Assembly (NCBI GenBank): GCA_964016885.1
Contig: OZ024743.1
Coordinates: 19,530,001-19,594,000, forward strand
Reading direction: 5' to 3'
Source of the DNA: Eledone cirrhosa
Lineage: Eukaryota
Length of the DNA stretch: 64,000 nucleotides
Positions 25,736 to 40,686 of the stretch are shown here, piece by piece; the first letter of the stretch is position 1, and the number at the start of each line of letters is the position of its first letter. The notes under the pieces are model-generated. The model searched no databases and was not told the DNA's origin. It saw nothing but the letters and a program-made list of their open reading frames with translations. The position numbers were made by a program, and so were the translations under genes.

Positions 25736-28700
25736 CATGAATCAAAGTTCCGTTCAAACCATTTATTAGCTTACAATTGTTTCGTCCAAACCGAGGCTTG
25801 GAGTCTTCAGAGCAATTTTTCAATGATTGTTTACATACATGACCTCCTTTCCAACACAAGAGACATCCAGAAACATATGTATATATCGATGCACAGTGGT
25901 GTGACATCCATTATTATATTTTAGCATGGCAATTTACATTCTAACAATTAAAATCATATTAAAAGAAAATTAAAACAAAATTAAAGTTAAAATACAACAT
26001 CGGAGTTTACAAAGATAATGCAAGAGGATAGTTTGAAGTAGTTAGTGTATGCAATAGTTACATTTGGGGCATATACGTGTGTCTTATTTATATAAAATTA
26101 ATGTGCGGCAATGTGTTATATGAAATACAAGCACTTTAAGCGGGTAATCAAGAGTATTATGGGGGTTGTATTGGTAAAGTATCTTGTATGTATGATAAAG
26201 AAGCTTGTGTGCAGAGAAATATTAAAAATGGGAAGCAAAATAATGTTATGGTTTTTGTATACACTACCATTTTCACAATCCAGGAAACGTAATATATAGA
26301 TTTTATGTCCTTCACATAATTAACGATGATTCAGTATTGGAAGCATGATGTATTAGGTTAGATTATTACAGCATGTTGTTCTTTAATCCAATTTTATAGA
26401 GTGGGTTGTTTTTGTTGCGAGAATTTACATCGTTTTATTTTCCGGAAGTATGTGTGTAATTAAGGGGAGTTAATGCGTGAGGGGAGGTAACTAGCTGATT
26501 TCTATAACTAAATGTATTATTCCAATGTACATTAAACGATATCCCAATTGAGTCCCTTACATATATGGTTATAAACAGTTTCTAAATTTAAGTATCCTAT
26601 CTTTAAATTACAGTCTACTCTATCAAGAAGTACTAAAGGTATCCATATTAGGATGATTACCCTCTATCATAGAGTGCCACCACTGAATATTCCATATGAA
26701 GAGTCAGATCTCCAAATCATTGATCTTTGTAAATGTAGTCTACCCACAGAACCTGGCAGGGTTTTATTAGAACCACGTATATATACAACCCCTGGTAAGC
26801 TCTGGGTCAGCGCATGTCTGATTGCATGGCAAAGTTAAATATCTCTAGGGTAGACCAGAGAGCAATGCTCACTTACAATGTCATTAATCTGTCCATCAAG
26901 TAATACATATATGTATAAATCATATACCACTTGTACATAATTCATTGTACTCAACATATAGGTTATATAGCTCTTTTATGTTAATAAATTCTTCTTCTAT
27001 TTATCCAATGATGGCACTCCATACACAGAACAACAATAGCACGAACAATTCAGTGTTTAAATTTTACATTTAATTATATAGTGGTATAATGTAGTCTAAG
27101 TAATTGAAGGCAATTATACTAAAAGTAGATGTACATGGGGATATTTCTAGGGTAAAAGGTTCTAGATAGATGTCACTAATTGTGTTAAGATAGGGTGGAT
27201 CATTGAGTGTGGAGTTGTGGTGTAAGGTGTGCCCTTGAGGTGTGTTGCTAGAAGTGGTGATGGGTTCAAGTCTGACGTTGCTATATATTGGGTTTAAAGT
27301 TTTGGAAGGAGTTCGGAAGCGGTGCTGGCATGACGTGAACACTTCTGATTTTTATTAAGGAGGTTATGGTTTGAGAAGATAATAGTATGGGTCTCTAGTA
27401 GACAGAGGTTACAAAATTTATTAGGTGGTTTGTACGATGTCGCCTTACCTATCACTTCCCATTTAAGTGTATAACATCTATTTTTAGTTTTTAGATAGTG
27501 TATGTAGCTAGATAGTGAAGTGGAGTTGGCTAGACTGTGTTTTTTGAAAGAGTTGAGGTGCGAATTGTATCTGGTTTTGAAGCAGTTTGAAGTAGAGCCT
27601 ATATAGGTTTCAGGTGAGTTGCTAGTTGTGACGGTGCATGAGTATATGATATCCTTGATTAATCATTTTTTATCTAAAGGGTAGGTTCTATTAGATCTAC
27701 AGTTACAATTATTCTGGGTGTTAGTCTGCCGGTTATTATGTTGTGTAGAAGTCTGGATGGTAGCTGTAGGATTATGGTTACGGGGGTGTCGTTCCCAGCG
27801 TTATTGCTTACACTAGTGCTATTACTATTATTATTATTGTTATGAGGGTTAGTTGATATAATGTTATTTTGAAGGTTTACCGCCTGTTGTGATTTAGTTT
27901 GTTGGAAGTAAGAATTAATTTTTCTTTTATTTCTACTAGCTATGTGGTATGCTATGTTAGGCGTAGTAGAGTAGGAGATGTTACTTGTGTTTTTGTTTAA
28001 AAGGCTATGGTATTGTGGCCAGATGGGAAGTTTTTATCTAGGAGTGAGAAGAAAGCCTTAGGTAGGTTGGTAGAGACGTTTAGATTGAAAGGAGGGTTGA
28101 AAAATGTATTATTTCTTCTTCTATTTTTGTTTTTTATGTCTGGTGAGTTGTTTCCTTTTATGGTACTATGGTAACTTCTGTGGTGTGGGTTACGTTTGTT
28201 GGCATCCTTCGTATTAGTGTATGTGTGGTTGCTATTTTTATTACTAAATTTCCTCATGGACATATTGTGCGAAATAATGTTGTAGCTATGTGTTTTTGTA
28301 GGTAGGAACTCGATCTCTATATTATGGACTGATCTAGCTAATGCCTGATTATAATATTGCGAGTTTTTGCTAAATATGTTTACGTCATAGAATAGATTAG
28401 AGATTCTATTGGATACTCCCTTAGAGATAGAGTTTAATATTGATCTAGGGTGGTTAGACTTGGTATCTACGTAAATCAGTTTTTCATTAGGTTTATGGAA
28501 AGGTGTATATATCTTTGAGTCTAGGTAGAGGGTGGCGTCTAGGAAGTTAACGTTTTTAGTGTTTTGTCCATAGTGATACTAAGGTTATAGTTTTAGAATG
28601 TCTTGTGCAATAGTTTTCTAGTTCTTTCTATATTGAATTATTTATAGTCTATACGTAGAAGTGCATCATCGCGGTACAAACCACCGTTGAGGTATGGAAG

Positions 28701-29085
28701 GTCCTTATGGATTTCGTTAAGTAAATATAGGCCGAACAAATCAATGACCTGCGCCGAGTCACTAGATCCCATGGTTATGTCGAAGTTGTTTTGCGTATCC
28801 TTGCGGGTCCATAATTGGTCTTGAAGGTGATTACGGTTTTACGGGCCGCAAGTATGACATCAATCTGGGGTCTAGTCAGGTCACTATTGTCCATGGCCAT
28901 GATTAGTGCCTTATTTAATAGGATAGAGGAAATAGAGGTGTAGTATGAATTGATATCAAATTGAATAAATTTGTTATCCTTGTTATCCTTGATATCTTTG
29001 AACCATTCAATAACTCCAAACCTCGGTTTGGGCGAAACAATTGTAAGCTAATAAATGGTTTGAACAGAACTTTGATTCATGTGAT
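25732..29085 (-). mobile_element. Naiad-type Penelope-like element N2 (RT + GIY-YIG, degenerate) with inverted partial pLTR at the 5' junction
   Basis: Minus strand: KFIQFDINSYYTSI, DITMGSSDSAQ, GGLYRDDALL, FFNPPFNLNVSTNL, CNCR...IIY..YIGST..FKTRY..H, CNLCLLE. Segment 25732-25803 is repeated inverted at 29014-29085. Hammerhead motif at the 3' end. Confidence 0.88.
25769..25813 (-). ncRNA. Type I hammerhead ribozyme motif at PLE N2 3' end
   Basis: gct CTGAAGA c-tccaagcc-tc-ggtttgga-c GAAA caattg TA agc: 3-bp stem I, palindromic stem III, first stem II pair mismatched (C-C). Confidence 0.7.
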
Positions 29086-29249
29086 GTCTATATAACTGCT
29101 CTGTAGAACAACTGATGTTATTACATTGAGCTATTTATCTTACTGGTAATAAGGTAGTAATAAATTACTGTCTTTCACTGTTTAGGGTTTAAAATATATA
29201 TAACTATAAAAAGTTTTAGTATATACATAACCATAAATAGTATCCTTAA

Positions 29250-29331
<82 letters not shown>

Positions 29332-29502
29332 ATATCAGCTGGCTCATATTTTCAACGGGCACTGAGATAGTTGTGACATGTACACAGAACAGAAGAGAGA
29401 GAAATATGTTTTCCATAAGGAAAGAAAACTGTTTTCGTTGAAAGCGAGGTTCTCATATTGTTTGTGTGCATAAAACTATCTTATTGCTACTGCCAATAAT
29501 AT

Positions 29503-29574
<72 letters not shown>

Positions 29575-31169
29575 AGGGGGTGCGTGTATGTGTGGGTGTG
29601 TGGGTGTGTCTGTGTGTTTTTGTGTGCATGTGTATGCGTACCTATAAGTTTTCTTTTGTGTTTTGTGACGTGCAAAAACATTATATATTATTTATACGTT
29701 TCTGTGGTTTTGGGATTCATACATACTCATGTTTGTACCCGAGTATGAAACTGTGTATGTACGTACGTATATGGACGTTTGTATGAGTGCTTATGTAGGA
29801 GAGTGCACCTAAATCTAGATGTGTGTATCTGCTTATAAGTACGTATTTCTGTGGAAATAATATTTGCAATATATATTCATATGTCTGTCGGCATATTTTT
29901 GTCTCAACAATTATTGACTGCAGTTGACTACTTATATATATTATATATGGTTCTGTATCTTTTGTTAAATATCGTGAAATAAAATAAAGAAAAAGTTCTT
30001 AACTGTTACATGAAAAATCTATTGTATTTAAAATGTTTATCATAAATACCATTTGAAGTATACTTCGACACGATCTCATTGCCGAAGATTTCCTATTGCT
30101 ACCAATAATAGTTTTCTTTCCTATTAAAACCTCACCATTCTTCGAATTCTAGGAATGTATAATTCAAACCATACAATTATGTAAGTATAGTGAATAATCT
30201 GTTAGGGAGAAATAGTTGTCTAACATGCATGACAAACAAACGTGACAGAAACTAAGTCACTTTTATTATTACAAGCAAATTCTCTTTCCTCCATCAAGTT
30301 TCTCTATTATCCTTATTAGACAAATGTCAAATAAATGGATTGTGTCTTCCAAACCTAAGTTCACATTTTGTATCTTGGGTCATAGCAGTTTATTTTACTT
30401 GTTATATTTCACTTAAATCTCGAAAATAGAGTTTGAGAAATATATATATCTCGCAAAGTACCTGTAATACTAAACTTTGTGAAAGGGTATAGTATTTCAA
30501 TTGTCATTAGTGATATGTCTATTAAAATAGCCTGATAGAATAAAATCTTCATTTTTATGTAATTTATTTTCAAAGTAAACTTTCAGATCTGAACGAAGAA
30601 ACCACTAGAGTTGAAACTTAATAAATAGAAGGCCTCACATGCAAGCCATTATAAACTCTTAATTCTCTTGACGCCTCTTCGCCATCAGCAATATCGAAAT
30701 ACCATACACTAATATCGAAACAAGAAAAACAAGAAAAACTAAAATTATCGTAAAACTGAAATATTCTGTCTATCGTTACTAAATTATAGCAGTTAAAACT
30801 ATCTTCACTCATATAAAACCCAAATTGCGATTTTCGTTTCACGCGCGTTTCAAACATTAATTCCACGTTATAATGCTCAATTAGTTTTAAGTTAACTTTT
30901 ATATTCATATCAATAAAGTATGCTAATCACCTATTAAAGACTCAATTTATGATTTAAGTAGACTTCATACTAACTTAAATATTTTGCAAGTAATGATGGT
31001 AAAGAGATGTATAATAGAATTTATGGAAAACCAGATAAAATGCCTTGCGGTATAGTTTTATCTCTTTATTTTCTAGCCTCAAATCCCATAGAGATCAACT
31101 TTCGTTTTCATCTCTCTTAGAAATTAAGGAACAATTGCCTGAATGTGCTGCTGGGAAGAATAATTATTT

Positions 31170-32206
31170 AAAAAGGTATATTTCATTTAGAAATGCGATT
31201 CCTTCTTACATTAGGATCAATTCGAATAATTGTTCTCGATATCAGATTTGTATGGAAAATATACTTTCAAAATTTTGGAGCATATACAATCACTAAAGAA
31301 AGTAATGTCGGTACATATCTACCTAACAGGGAACAAATATTGATAATGTACCAATATACCTTTGTGGGGAGTGAACGTAGTTTTCTGGTAAAGAAATTTG
31401 GTTACGGGCTTGATGCCACTACGCATTGTATGTCTCAATAATATTGTAAAGCACCTGCCACAACTGGGAAAGTTATCTCAACTTGGCCAGTTAGTGCCAC
31501 ATAGTCTGACTGGTATTCAAAGGTTTGTCTTTTGTTATTCATTAAAGTGTAGACTTGTTAATTGAACCTTTCTGGGCCAGTGATAAATAGTGGATATTGC
31601 ACAAGAAAATCCAAAGAAAACGACAATAAAATGGGAAACCTAAACCAGGACAACACCCAGAAAAAGGTTATGCTCTGTATTTGGTGGGATATGAAGGGTG
31701 TCATACATTACTAAGTTTTGAATCAGGTGCGATAATAAATGCTGATAAGTATTGTCACCAACTGGAATCATTACATCTCAATTTGCAGACAAGTTACCAG
31801 AAGGTGCAAATCAGAATGGTGTGTTGCTCCTACGCGACAATGCAAGACCACATATTGCCCGAATTACATAGAACAAATTTGTTATGCTTAATAAGGACGT
31901 GTCACTCCATCCGCGTAATTAAGCTGACCTTTCTCTATCGGATTATTATCTTTTCAGATCATTGCAACATTTCTAAAGCGAAAACAGTTTAGCAATCGAG
32001 AAGAGTTTAATAAAAGAACATTGAATACTTATTTGTTTCGCAGCCTAAATATTTTTATGCTAGATTGATCAAACATTTGCCAGCCAAATAGAACTATGTT
32101 ATTAAAGATGGGGAAAATATAATCTTGGATATATCCATCATAACCAAAGAAACGACTATTGCATTCATCGTCAAAAATGTGACAAGACATTGTGCCCCAC
32201 CTAATA
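31170..32206 (+). mobile_element. Degenerate mariner (DD34D-type) DNA transposon
   Basis: Relics of WVPHxL (LVPHSL), KVMLCIWWDMKGVIH, INADKYCHQL, LLRDNARPH and SDYYLFRSLQHFL. Right TIR ends ...TGTGCCCCACCTAATA at 32206; left boundary approximate. Confidence 0.8.
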
Positions 32207-32608
32207 CACAGTTATTCGGTCCAACATGGTTTCTAGTGCGTCAAATGTCAATTAAACAGTGGATTATGCAATCCAAAACCGGTGCATCATTTTCAGCATA
32301 CTTTGTCCTTAATTCTGAAACGATCCGGCACTTTGGATATTGTGCACAAACTGAAGTATTAGTAGTAGTAGTTTACAGTCTGTATGTGAGCAGAATCACA
32401 CGATCAAAGAAGAATTTTAGGCGGGAATAAAGAAATGAAATATTTATACCGACCATCGAAGCACTCAACTCTTTTAGGATATAAATACGTAGGAAAATAG
32501 TGAATAATGATAATAGTGTTTCCAAAATTAACCGATGTGTTGTTGTTAAGCGACGATGCAAGTCGATTTAATTACGGTTGTCTCTGTTCATTCAATGAAA
32601 CAAGAAAC

Positions 32609-32654
<46 letters not shown>

Positions 32655-33392
32655 TACATATTCTACATATATTCTACATAAATATATTATATATATAGAG
32701 AGTGAGAGGGGGGAGAAGGATAGAGAGACAGAATGATGGAAGGATAGTGCACGAATAGTGCAAGACAAATGTATTAGATTCGTTTCAAGAGCTTACATAT
32801 CCATCCTGTACGTATTGATTCGTTAAGCTATTCATAATAATCCCATGGTAGCAACCACTACCATGAGCTCCTGTTACACGCTCTATAGTATATATAGTAT
32901 ATATTAAGAGAGGAAGCAAGGCAAGGGTTAAATGGAGTTATTCTGTAGGTATGTACTAATTTAACTTACGCATAACGCTTATTTTAGACAACTCCGTGTT
33001 GTTATATATCAGAAAACAGAAATGCTTTCTAAAATCAGTTCTGAATTGGGATTGACCTTCAGCATTTTTATTGACAAGCCTTTGCTGCTATCACCATGGA
33101 AACTGTATTAGTTACATAGCTACAACATCATACTATGAAGGCTTGCAAGAAATATCTCCACACGGCGGCTATGTGAAAATTATACGGAACGAAATATATC
33201 TTATTTCACTATCAATAATGTTCTCATAACGAAATGGTTATCTACAATTGATTTAATCAATAGGTCCTGAACTTTAATTAATCAAATTATGTCTCAAGTA
33301 ATATGCTATCATTTTCTATATAACATGAACATCTCTCATTTCTACGCCTATTTCTATTTCAACTCAGCTGTCTTTCTTCTTCCCATCCTCTC

Positions 33393-33433
<41 letters not shown>

Positions 33434-34378
33434 ACCTTCGTAATATACATATATATATTGATGGAGAGAGAGAGAGAGACAGAGAGAAATAGAGATATTG
33501 ATAAAGAGAGAAAGGGATATGTTAGGCGCCGATTTGCACACGCAAACGCGCACATTTACATACACCGAGTCTTTTGACTGCGGCCATATATATATATATA
33601 TATATATATCGTTTCAAATATATCTAATAATAAATATCCACACGGACACATTTACAAACACATGCACATATATGTGTATGTGTGCAAAATTGTTTAGGCA
33701 GACATTGACGTGATTGTGTCTATAACTACGTCTCCAGGTTTGTAAAAGAAGATTTGAGTCAGACAGGCATTATTCAAATGCCAATTTGATAGTTTATTTT
33801 AAATGAAATTGCTAGAATAGATATCATGAATCAAAGTTAAAAACATCAAATGTTTTGGCATAAGGATCAAAAGTTTTAGAAATATGTTGGCAGAATCGAG
33901 CTAAAATTTAGACATATGATATATGATAACAGGGGTCCAGATAAAAGACGGATGATCTTCCTTGTGTAGTTGCCATAAAGAATTTAGGCATAGAAAATAG
34001 ATTTTAGAAATATGTTAGGTTAGGTTTTTAATACGCGTTTGAAATATGAATTTGTTTATTTAAATAATATTTAGATATTCAATAAATTTAAGAAGAGACA
34101 ACCTCAAAGATTTGCTCTGCTGGAAGTGGACGAAGGAATTATTTGATATTTTATAATAAATATTATCTAATTTCAAATAGCAAACGGAATTACTTACTGT
34201 CTCTTCCTAAACATGTTGTGTTGATATTGAAAAGGAATATATAGATTGATAGAATATGGTTTTAAATTACAACATATTTAAACAGATATTAATTTCCTTA
34301 TTTCCAGTATATGTTTATTACAGTATAACTTTATAAATGCGAAACAATTATGCGCTATTTCAATCTCTTCCCCTTTCG

Positions 34379-34525
<147 letters not shown>

Positions 34526-34799
34526 TATATATATATATATACACACACATATATATATATATATACACACACATATATATATATATATACACACGCACAT
34601 ATATATATATACACACACACACACATACATATACACACACACACACACACACGCACATATATGTATTAGAAATCATTGTGGACTCTGAATATATATATAT
34701 CCACGGTGTGTAACGCGAAGTTACTGTAGATTCACCCAGGTGAGCACGCGATTTTTGGTTCACGCCAGTATCGAGGTGTAGAGCTAGACAGAGTGTAAT

Positions 34800-34976
34800 A
34801 TAATAATTGTTTCTATTTTAAGCACAAGGCCAGCAATTACCCACTTTATTTTATCGACCCCGTAAGGATGAAAGGCAAAGTCAACCTCGGCGGGATTTGA
34901 ACTCAGATCGTAAAGGGACGTAACTATGCTGGAAAGCATGGCGTCCGACCCTCTACCGATACAGCCAATCCACCGC
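34800..34976 (-). mobile_element. tRNA-derived SINE with Deu/Nin-like central domain
   Basis: Box B GAGTTCAAATCCC followed by GACTTTGCCTTTCATCCTTACGGGGTCGATAAAATAAAG and an (ATT)n tail; at least six copies in the window. Confidence 0.8.
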
Positions 34977-35304
34977 AATAATACAAGGACGAATGGTTAC
35001 TCCTTCAAGACGTTTATTGGTTGGTGACGTGCATTCCGGACTCTGGAACCAATAGCTCGTCGGACCTCTGTAGAAATAATATCATTACTACTCCATTATC
35101 GATCTGCTTTTCTTACTGTCGATTCGACAAAGAATGTAGCGTTTGTAACTTGGTGATACGCAATAAATATCTAAATACATATTAACGAAACTCCATCATT
35201 TTTTTTCAATATATACACTCCGCCTGTGCATAGAGTGTTTGTTTTAGGTACCAGGACCAGAAATTCACTAAATCACTTACACTATATATATATATATTAT
35301 AAAG

Positions 35305-35579
35305 TGAGGTTTTTTTTTACAAAATAAAAAATAACCGAGGTGTCCTACACGAGTGAAAGTATAAAGAGAAAAAGATGAAATAGAAAATGCAACTGGAGTC
35401 TTATTTAAAAAAATATATATATATTTATTTGGTTCCTTTACCGGCTTCACAGTTCTTCTGCTTTTCAAAAGTAGAGTTGAGATGGAGGGTCTGTGGATAT
35501 TCTCACATCTCGGTAAAGGAACCAAATAAATATATATAATTTTTTTTAAATAAGACTCCAGTTGCATTTTCGATTTCAT

Positions 35580-35583
<4 letters not shown>
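35305..35583. repeat. Foldback element in (AT)n with decayed hammerhead-like core; family of 4150-4299
   Basis: Inverted arms ~35368-35443 / 35510-35583. Minus strand 35471-35435 reads ctt TTGAAAA gcag-aagaa-ctgt GAAG ccgg TA aagg. Confidence 0.75.
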
Positions 35584-35633
<50 letters not shown>

Positions 35634-36570
35634 TTAAATGTTTATGTAGCGGAATTATAGAATCAGTGCTGTTCTCAGATTGTGTGTCTAATATTTGCTA
35701 TACATGTTTATATGCATTGTTGTATTATGTATTGTAATATCATAAGAAAGCAACATGGTATTTGAATGTTTTATCAATTACTATTAGACATATCTATGTT
35801 AATTTATAAAAGTTAATGTTAAACCATTTATGTAAGATATCTAAAAAGAACTTAGAATGAAAAATATTTAATTCTACGTATAATGCATCTTGAATGGTTT
35901 CGTAGTATTCTTTGAAAGATATATAAATAAATTTGGCAGTCTATCTTCGAAAATATTTACATTAAATGATTAACTGTAGAACAAAAAATTATTAAGAATT
36001 TACAAGGATATTAATTCTATTTCAGTTTAAGTATTATAGTAGCAACAAAATAAATAAGCATGGAAATTTTAATAATCTTAATATGCGAGAAAATGTTTCC
36101 TTTTAATCCCCCAAAAAATTAAAAACAATAAACGGAATCGAAGACAATGTAAAACAAATTCAACACGTCGATAGATTAATTAAGACAAATATTTCGAGAA
36201 AATATAACAATACTTCTGTCAATGAAAGATTTCTGGAATAGACTAATAAAATTATATATATGTTTGATATCAAAAATGTTTTGAAAGGAAAAGCTGAAGA
36301 GTTGGACGAAATGGAACAAATACGCTTCCGATATATTATTCAATAAATATCAAAATCACGTGCATGACTGTTAAAAGGTAAAAAGAAGTCATGAAAATAA
36401 AAGTTGGTTTTAAATTGGAATTCAGAGTCCTCAATGATTTCTAACTAACTAACAATATATGACATAAAATTAGGTATAAATCAGGTGTGACATTCAAATG
36501 ATGTTGTATTAATAAAGCACCCACTTGCAGATAAATCATATGCCCATTTCTGTTTATTGTTACATAAATA

Positions 36571-36850
36571 TTCTTCTTCTTCTTCTTCTTCTTCTTCTTC
36601 TTCTTCTTCTTCTTCTTCTTCTTCTTCTTCTTCTTCTTCTTCTTCTTCTTCTCCTCCTTCTTCTTCTTCTTCTTCTTCTTCTTCTTCTTCTTCTTCTTCT
36701 TCTTCTTCTTCTTCTTCTTCTTCTTCTTCTTCTTCTTCTTCTTCTTCTTCTTCTTCTTCTTCTTCTTCTTCTTCTTCTTCTTCTTCTCCTTCTTCTTCTT
36801 CTTCTTCTTCTTCTTCTTCTTCTTCTTCTTCTTCTTCTTCTTCTTCTTCT
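36571..36850. repeat. (TTC)n/(GAA)n microsatellite, ~280 bp
   Basis: Direct reading; accounts for the poly-E/K/R/S/L ORFs. Confidence 0.97.
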
Positions 36851-37380
36851 CCGCCCACATATTCCTGTGAGGTTCGTGAGGGAAAAGTCCTGAAGCACGC
36901 ATTCCAGTCAGTCCTATCAAAAGCATATGTTTCCGATTGATATGATTGGATCCCCAATTGAGACAAGCCGATGGTAACCAAAATTCTTGCTCGGGTTCTA
37001 CTCGGCTCGTGTTGCCAGTAAATTCTGTCCAGCGATTCTTTGCTGAGACATTCTAACCTCGTGTACGTAGTCTATCTCAATTCGGAGAAGTACCGCCTCT
37101 ACCTGGAGGGACTATCTGATCTCCGATCTACGCACTCTATGGAGGACGTTACCACAAAGACTTTTGGGAGGAGCTCCATTTTAGCTGATTATATGTATTT
37201 ACCTCCACATGTTGAGCGCTTTTTGATACAACCCTTGAACGCTTTTGATACAATTGGTGATCTCCTGCCGAATCCCATCCTGCCTCATATAGACAGGGAG
37301 TTCATCCGTCTGCGACTGCACTGACCAGAACACCCGAAGCACTGTGAATAGAACTGTCTCTCTATAAATCGTCCCCACTC
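36851..37380 (-). mobile_element. Probable degenerate LINE (RTE-like) 3' fragment whose tail is the (GAA)n tract
   Basis: More GC-rich block ending AFDRTDWNA...TSQEYVG immediately before (GAA)n on the minus strand; only a weak A.DR..W motif. Confidence 0.4.
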
Positions 37381-38192
37381 AAACATTTATCACATATTTT
37401 CTCCTTTATTTTCTTTATAATCCCTTTTTCCCGTTTAGCCTTTGTACTTTTTCTCATATGTTTTCTTAAATATTCATTTTCAATGTAGTGTTTGTCCCTA
37501 CTGGTTGCCCGGGATACCAACTCTATGATTATTTAATTTTTAGATTTCGCCTTTCATTCTCGCTAAGAAGCCAGTTTTTTTCCAGTGGGGAATCATAAGA
37601 AATTAATATCCAATACTGAACCCAATCCTTATAGATTAGCTGTTGTCTAATTTTCTGGACTTTTTTTTAACTTTTAATTTTTGAAATTTGAAATTCTTGG
37701 ATCTTCGGGTTGTAAAGCCTTAAATGTTTATTTTCCATGATATTAACCATAACATTAGGTAATATTCTCACTTTGGAGTTGATGGTCGGTATATATATGG
37801 GGGATTGTTAGCGAGAGAGAACAACTAAGGTTAGTAGTATTCTCGGTGGTTGTTGAGTAGTCAGTCTACCACACCTCTGCATCTGCGCCGCAGAGCTGTC
37901 GCGAGGTTCTGAAAATTAGAAGAGAGCGGACAAAACAGGTTAACAACATACAGTTTTTTAATCCGCTCTCTTCCACCCATAATTGCCTCGGAAATGTTTC
38001 TTTTCTCTCAACTTTGCTGTCTGAAGAAATCCCGATAGCTATCGTCATGGAAATATGTATAACGACTTAATTAATAAAAGACTCTACAACTTCGCATTTT
38101 CATATTTATATATATATATATATATATATATAGTTCATGGAAACGACGAAATACAGGTACAAAAAGTTTTATAAGTTTCGGTGTATGCGGTA

Positions 38193-38276
<84 letters not shown>

Positions 38277-40582
38277 CATACATACATACATACATACATA
38301 CATACATACATACATACATACATACATACATACATACATACATACATTGGAAACTATGCTTCGAAGAATCGAGACGTATCTCAGGACCTTGAGATTTCAG
38401 AGTCAGGTTTGATCATTGCATCGATCGTGCCTCGAGCTGGTCGCCAGAGAAACGACTGTAATATGTCTCATGAATTTTATTCGTCGCACCACTGATTCTC
38501 CGTTTCTTATGTTTCATACGGAGGCTTATACCGGGACGACGCCCTACTCATGGCTCGCTGACTCAATAATAGCCAATTAGATAGACTACACAAACGATAT
38601 AGATATATCTTTAAGACCCACGGATTAGCGGTAGAAATAGAACCCAACAGTAGGACAGTAAACTTCATTAGAATTAGACACACGTCTCTACCGCCCATAC
38701 CATAAACCAAACGAAAAACTAAAATATGTCAACAGACACTCCAACCACCCTAGGAGCATAATTAACTCAATAGTTAAAAGCGTTCCCTACAGAGTGTCAA
38801 ACCTGTCGGTGAACAGAACTATCTTCAACCAGCACGCGGAATACTATAACTCCGCACTTGAAAAGACTGGGTACAATGAGAAGATAACTTACAATGACCA
38901 AACTAGAACCACATCACCGCTAAACCCAAACAGACCTTCAGAAACCCATATAGACGAGGACACCCCACGTAGAACTAACACTAAGCAAAGACCACCTTTA
39001 GCCGGCAGGACAGGCAGCGTTACACACAACTGCCATGGAGATAAAGCTATAGTCTTCAACCCCAGTAAGGACTCTGATTATAGCACACGACGACCTAGTA
39101 ATAGAAACCCGAGACTTAACGACAATATAATAGCAAGAACCCCATGACAAATACACCTGACCAAAACACACCCACGAAACCACTAAACCACAAAAACCAC
39201 ACTAAGCTCCGTACAGCCCGAATCAGACCCGTAACATGGTACACCGCTCCGTACCCCATACACGTTGCCACCAATATACCAGGAACCTTCTTCAGAGTTT
39301 TTGTCCAATACTTCCCACCCACACCTAAATACACAAGCTCTTTAATAGACACACTGTCAAATTCTCCTTCTCCACAACACCAAATCTAGGCGACAAAATA
39401 GCACACGCAAATAGGACAAAAATACGCAAACACATCAGAGCACCACAACCAGCCACTAGCACAACCCAGAACGAAACAACATACACCACACAACACAACA
39501 ACCTACATGCCAGCTCCAACATAATAAGTATAACAGACAACGTAGAAACAAACCCATAACCCCCAACTGCAACTGCAAAAGGCGGGTGGAATGCCCACTA
39601 AACTGGCATTCCACACTCGTAAAAAACATTGTTTACCAGTGCGATGTCACAGCGGACCAAAAAGAGTACTATTACATAGGGGCGACATCGATTACGTTTA
39701 ATGAGCACTTGTAAAACCACAAACGTTCCTTCAAACACAGGCCCAAACGATTCCAAACAAGACTGGCGGACTTGATCTGGAACCTCAAAGACAAGAACTT
39801 GGAATAGCAGATCAAGTGGTCAGTTATAAGACGTGTGGCACAACTCCCCAAAGACAAAAACCACTGCAGATTATGCCTGGCCGAAGCGGCTGAGATAATT
39901 AAATTGAAATCGGCCATAAACTCAAGATCTGGCATTATTATAAACTTCAGACACACCAGAATGACCACATTCTCTGCACAAACATTCGGCCGAGGGCCAA
40001 AGACTAACCCGGACCCAACATAGGGATAAACAACTTTGCTTTTCCACACCATCTCTCATTTCAATACATTTGTCTTCTATAACATGTAACCCATGGTAAG
40101 ATCATATCTTGTTAATTTCCTATCGCACCATTCAGCCCCACCAACACCATCAACAAACATTTCGCCATACATCCCTCATCTCAATACTATTGTGTTCTAT
40201 GTGTCTTCTCTGTCAGGTATTAACTTGAAACTCATCGCAAAATCCGATCCTGTAAATATGATTCCGAACAAATGATCTCCACAACCTCCACCCCCACCAA
40301 ATACCTCGCCATACTTCCACCACCCCTCAGTCCAGTACTCCATTTTCTCTATGTCTCTTTTTAACCCATAATCCATCGTAAAGTGCGACCCTGAAAATAT
40401 GTCGCAGCCACCACCACCACCACCGGACACATCGCCATACCTACACAACCATCAACGTCACCAACACATATGATCCCTCCTTAAACAACGCATGTGTGTG
40501 TATGTCTGTGTGTAGACATATCTGTACGAACGCCATCCCCACAGGGTCCCTCTCTATATATATCTATCTATCTATCTATCTA

Positions 40583-40682
<100 letters not shown>

Positions 40683-40686
40683 TATA

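Noticed and set aside
26915-26950. Possible SECIS (minus strand ATGAattatgtacAAgtggtatatGA) downstream of PLE N2
   Set aside because: Upper stem only about 6-7 bp, too short for canonical SECIS geometry; needs SECISearch to decide.
35010-35060. Promoter-like cluster (ATTGG, TGACGTG, CCAAT)
   Set aside because: Short motifs with no linked exon or other support.
36290-36325. CTGAAGA..GAAA hammerhead-like string
   Set aside because: No NUH triplet, no stem I pairing, and only a 2-bp stem II.
36441-36981. Poly-K/E/R/S/L ORFs
   Set aside because: Read-through of the (TTC)n microsatellite.
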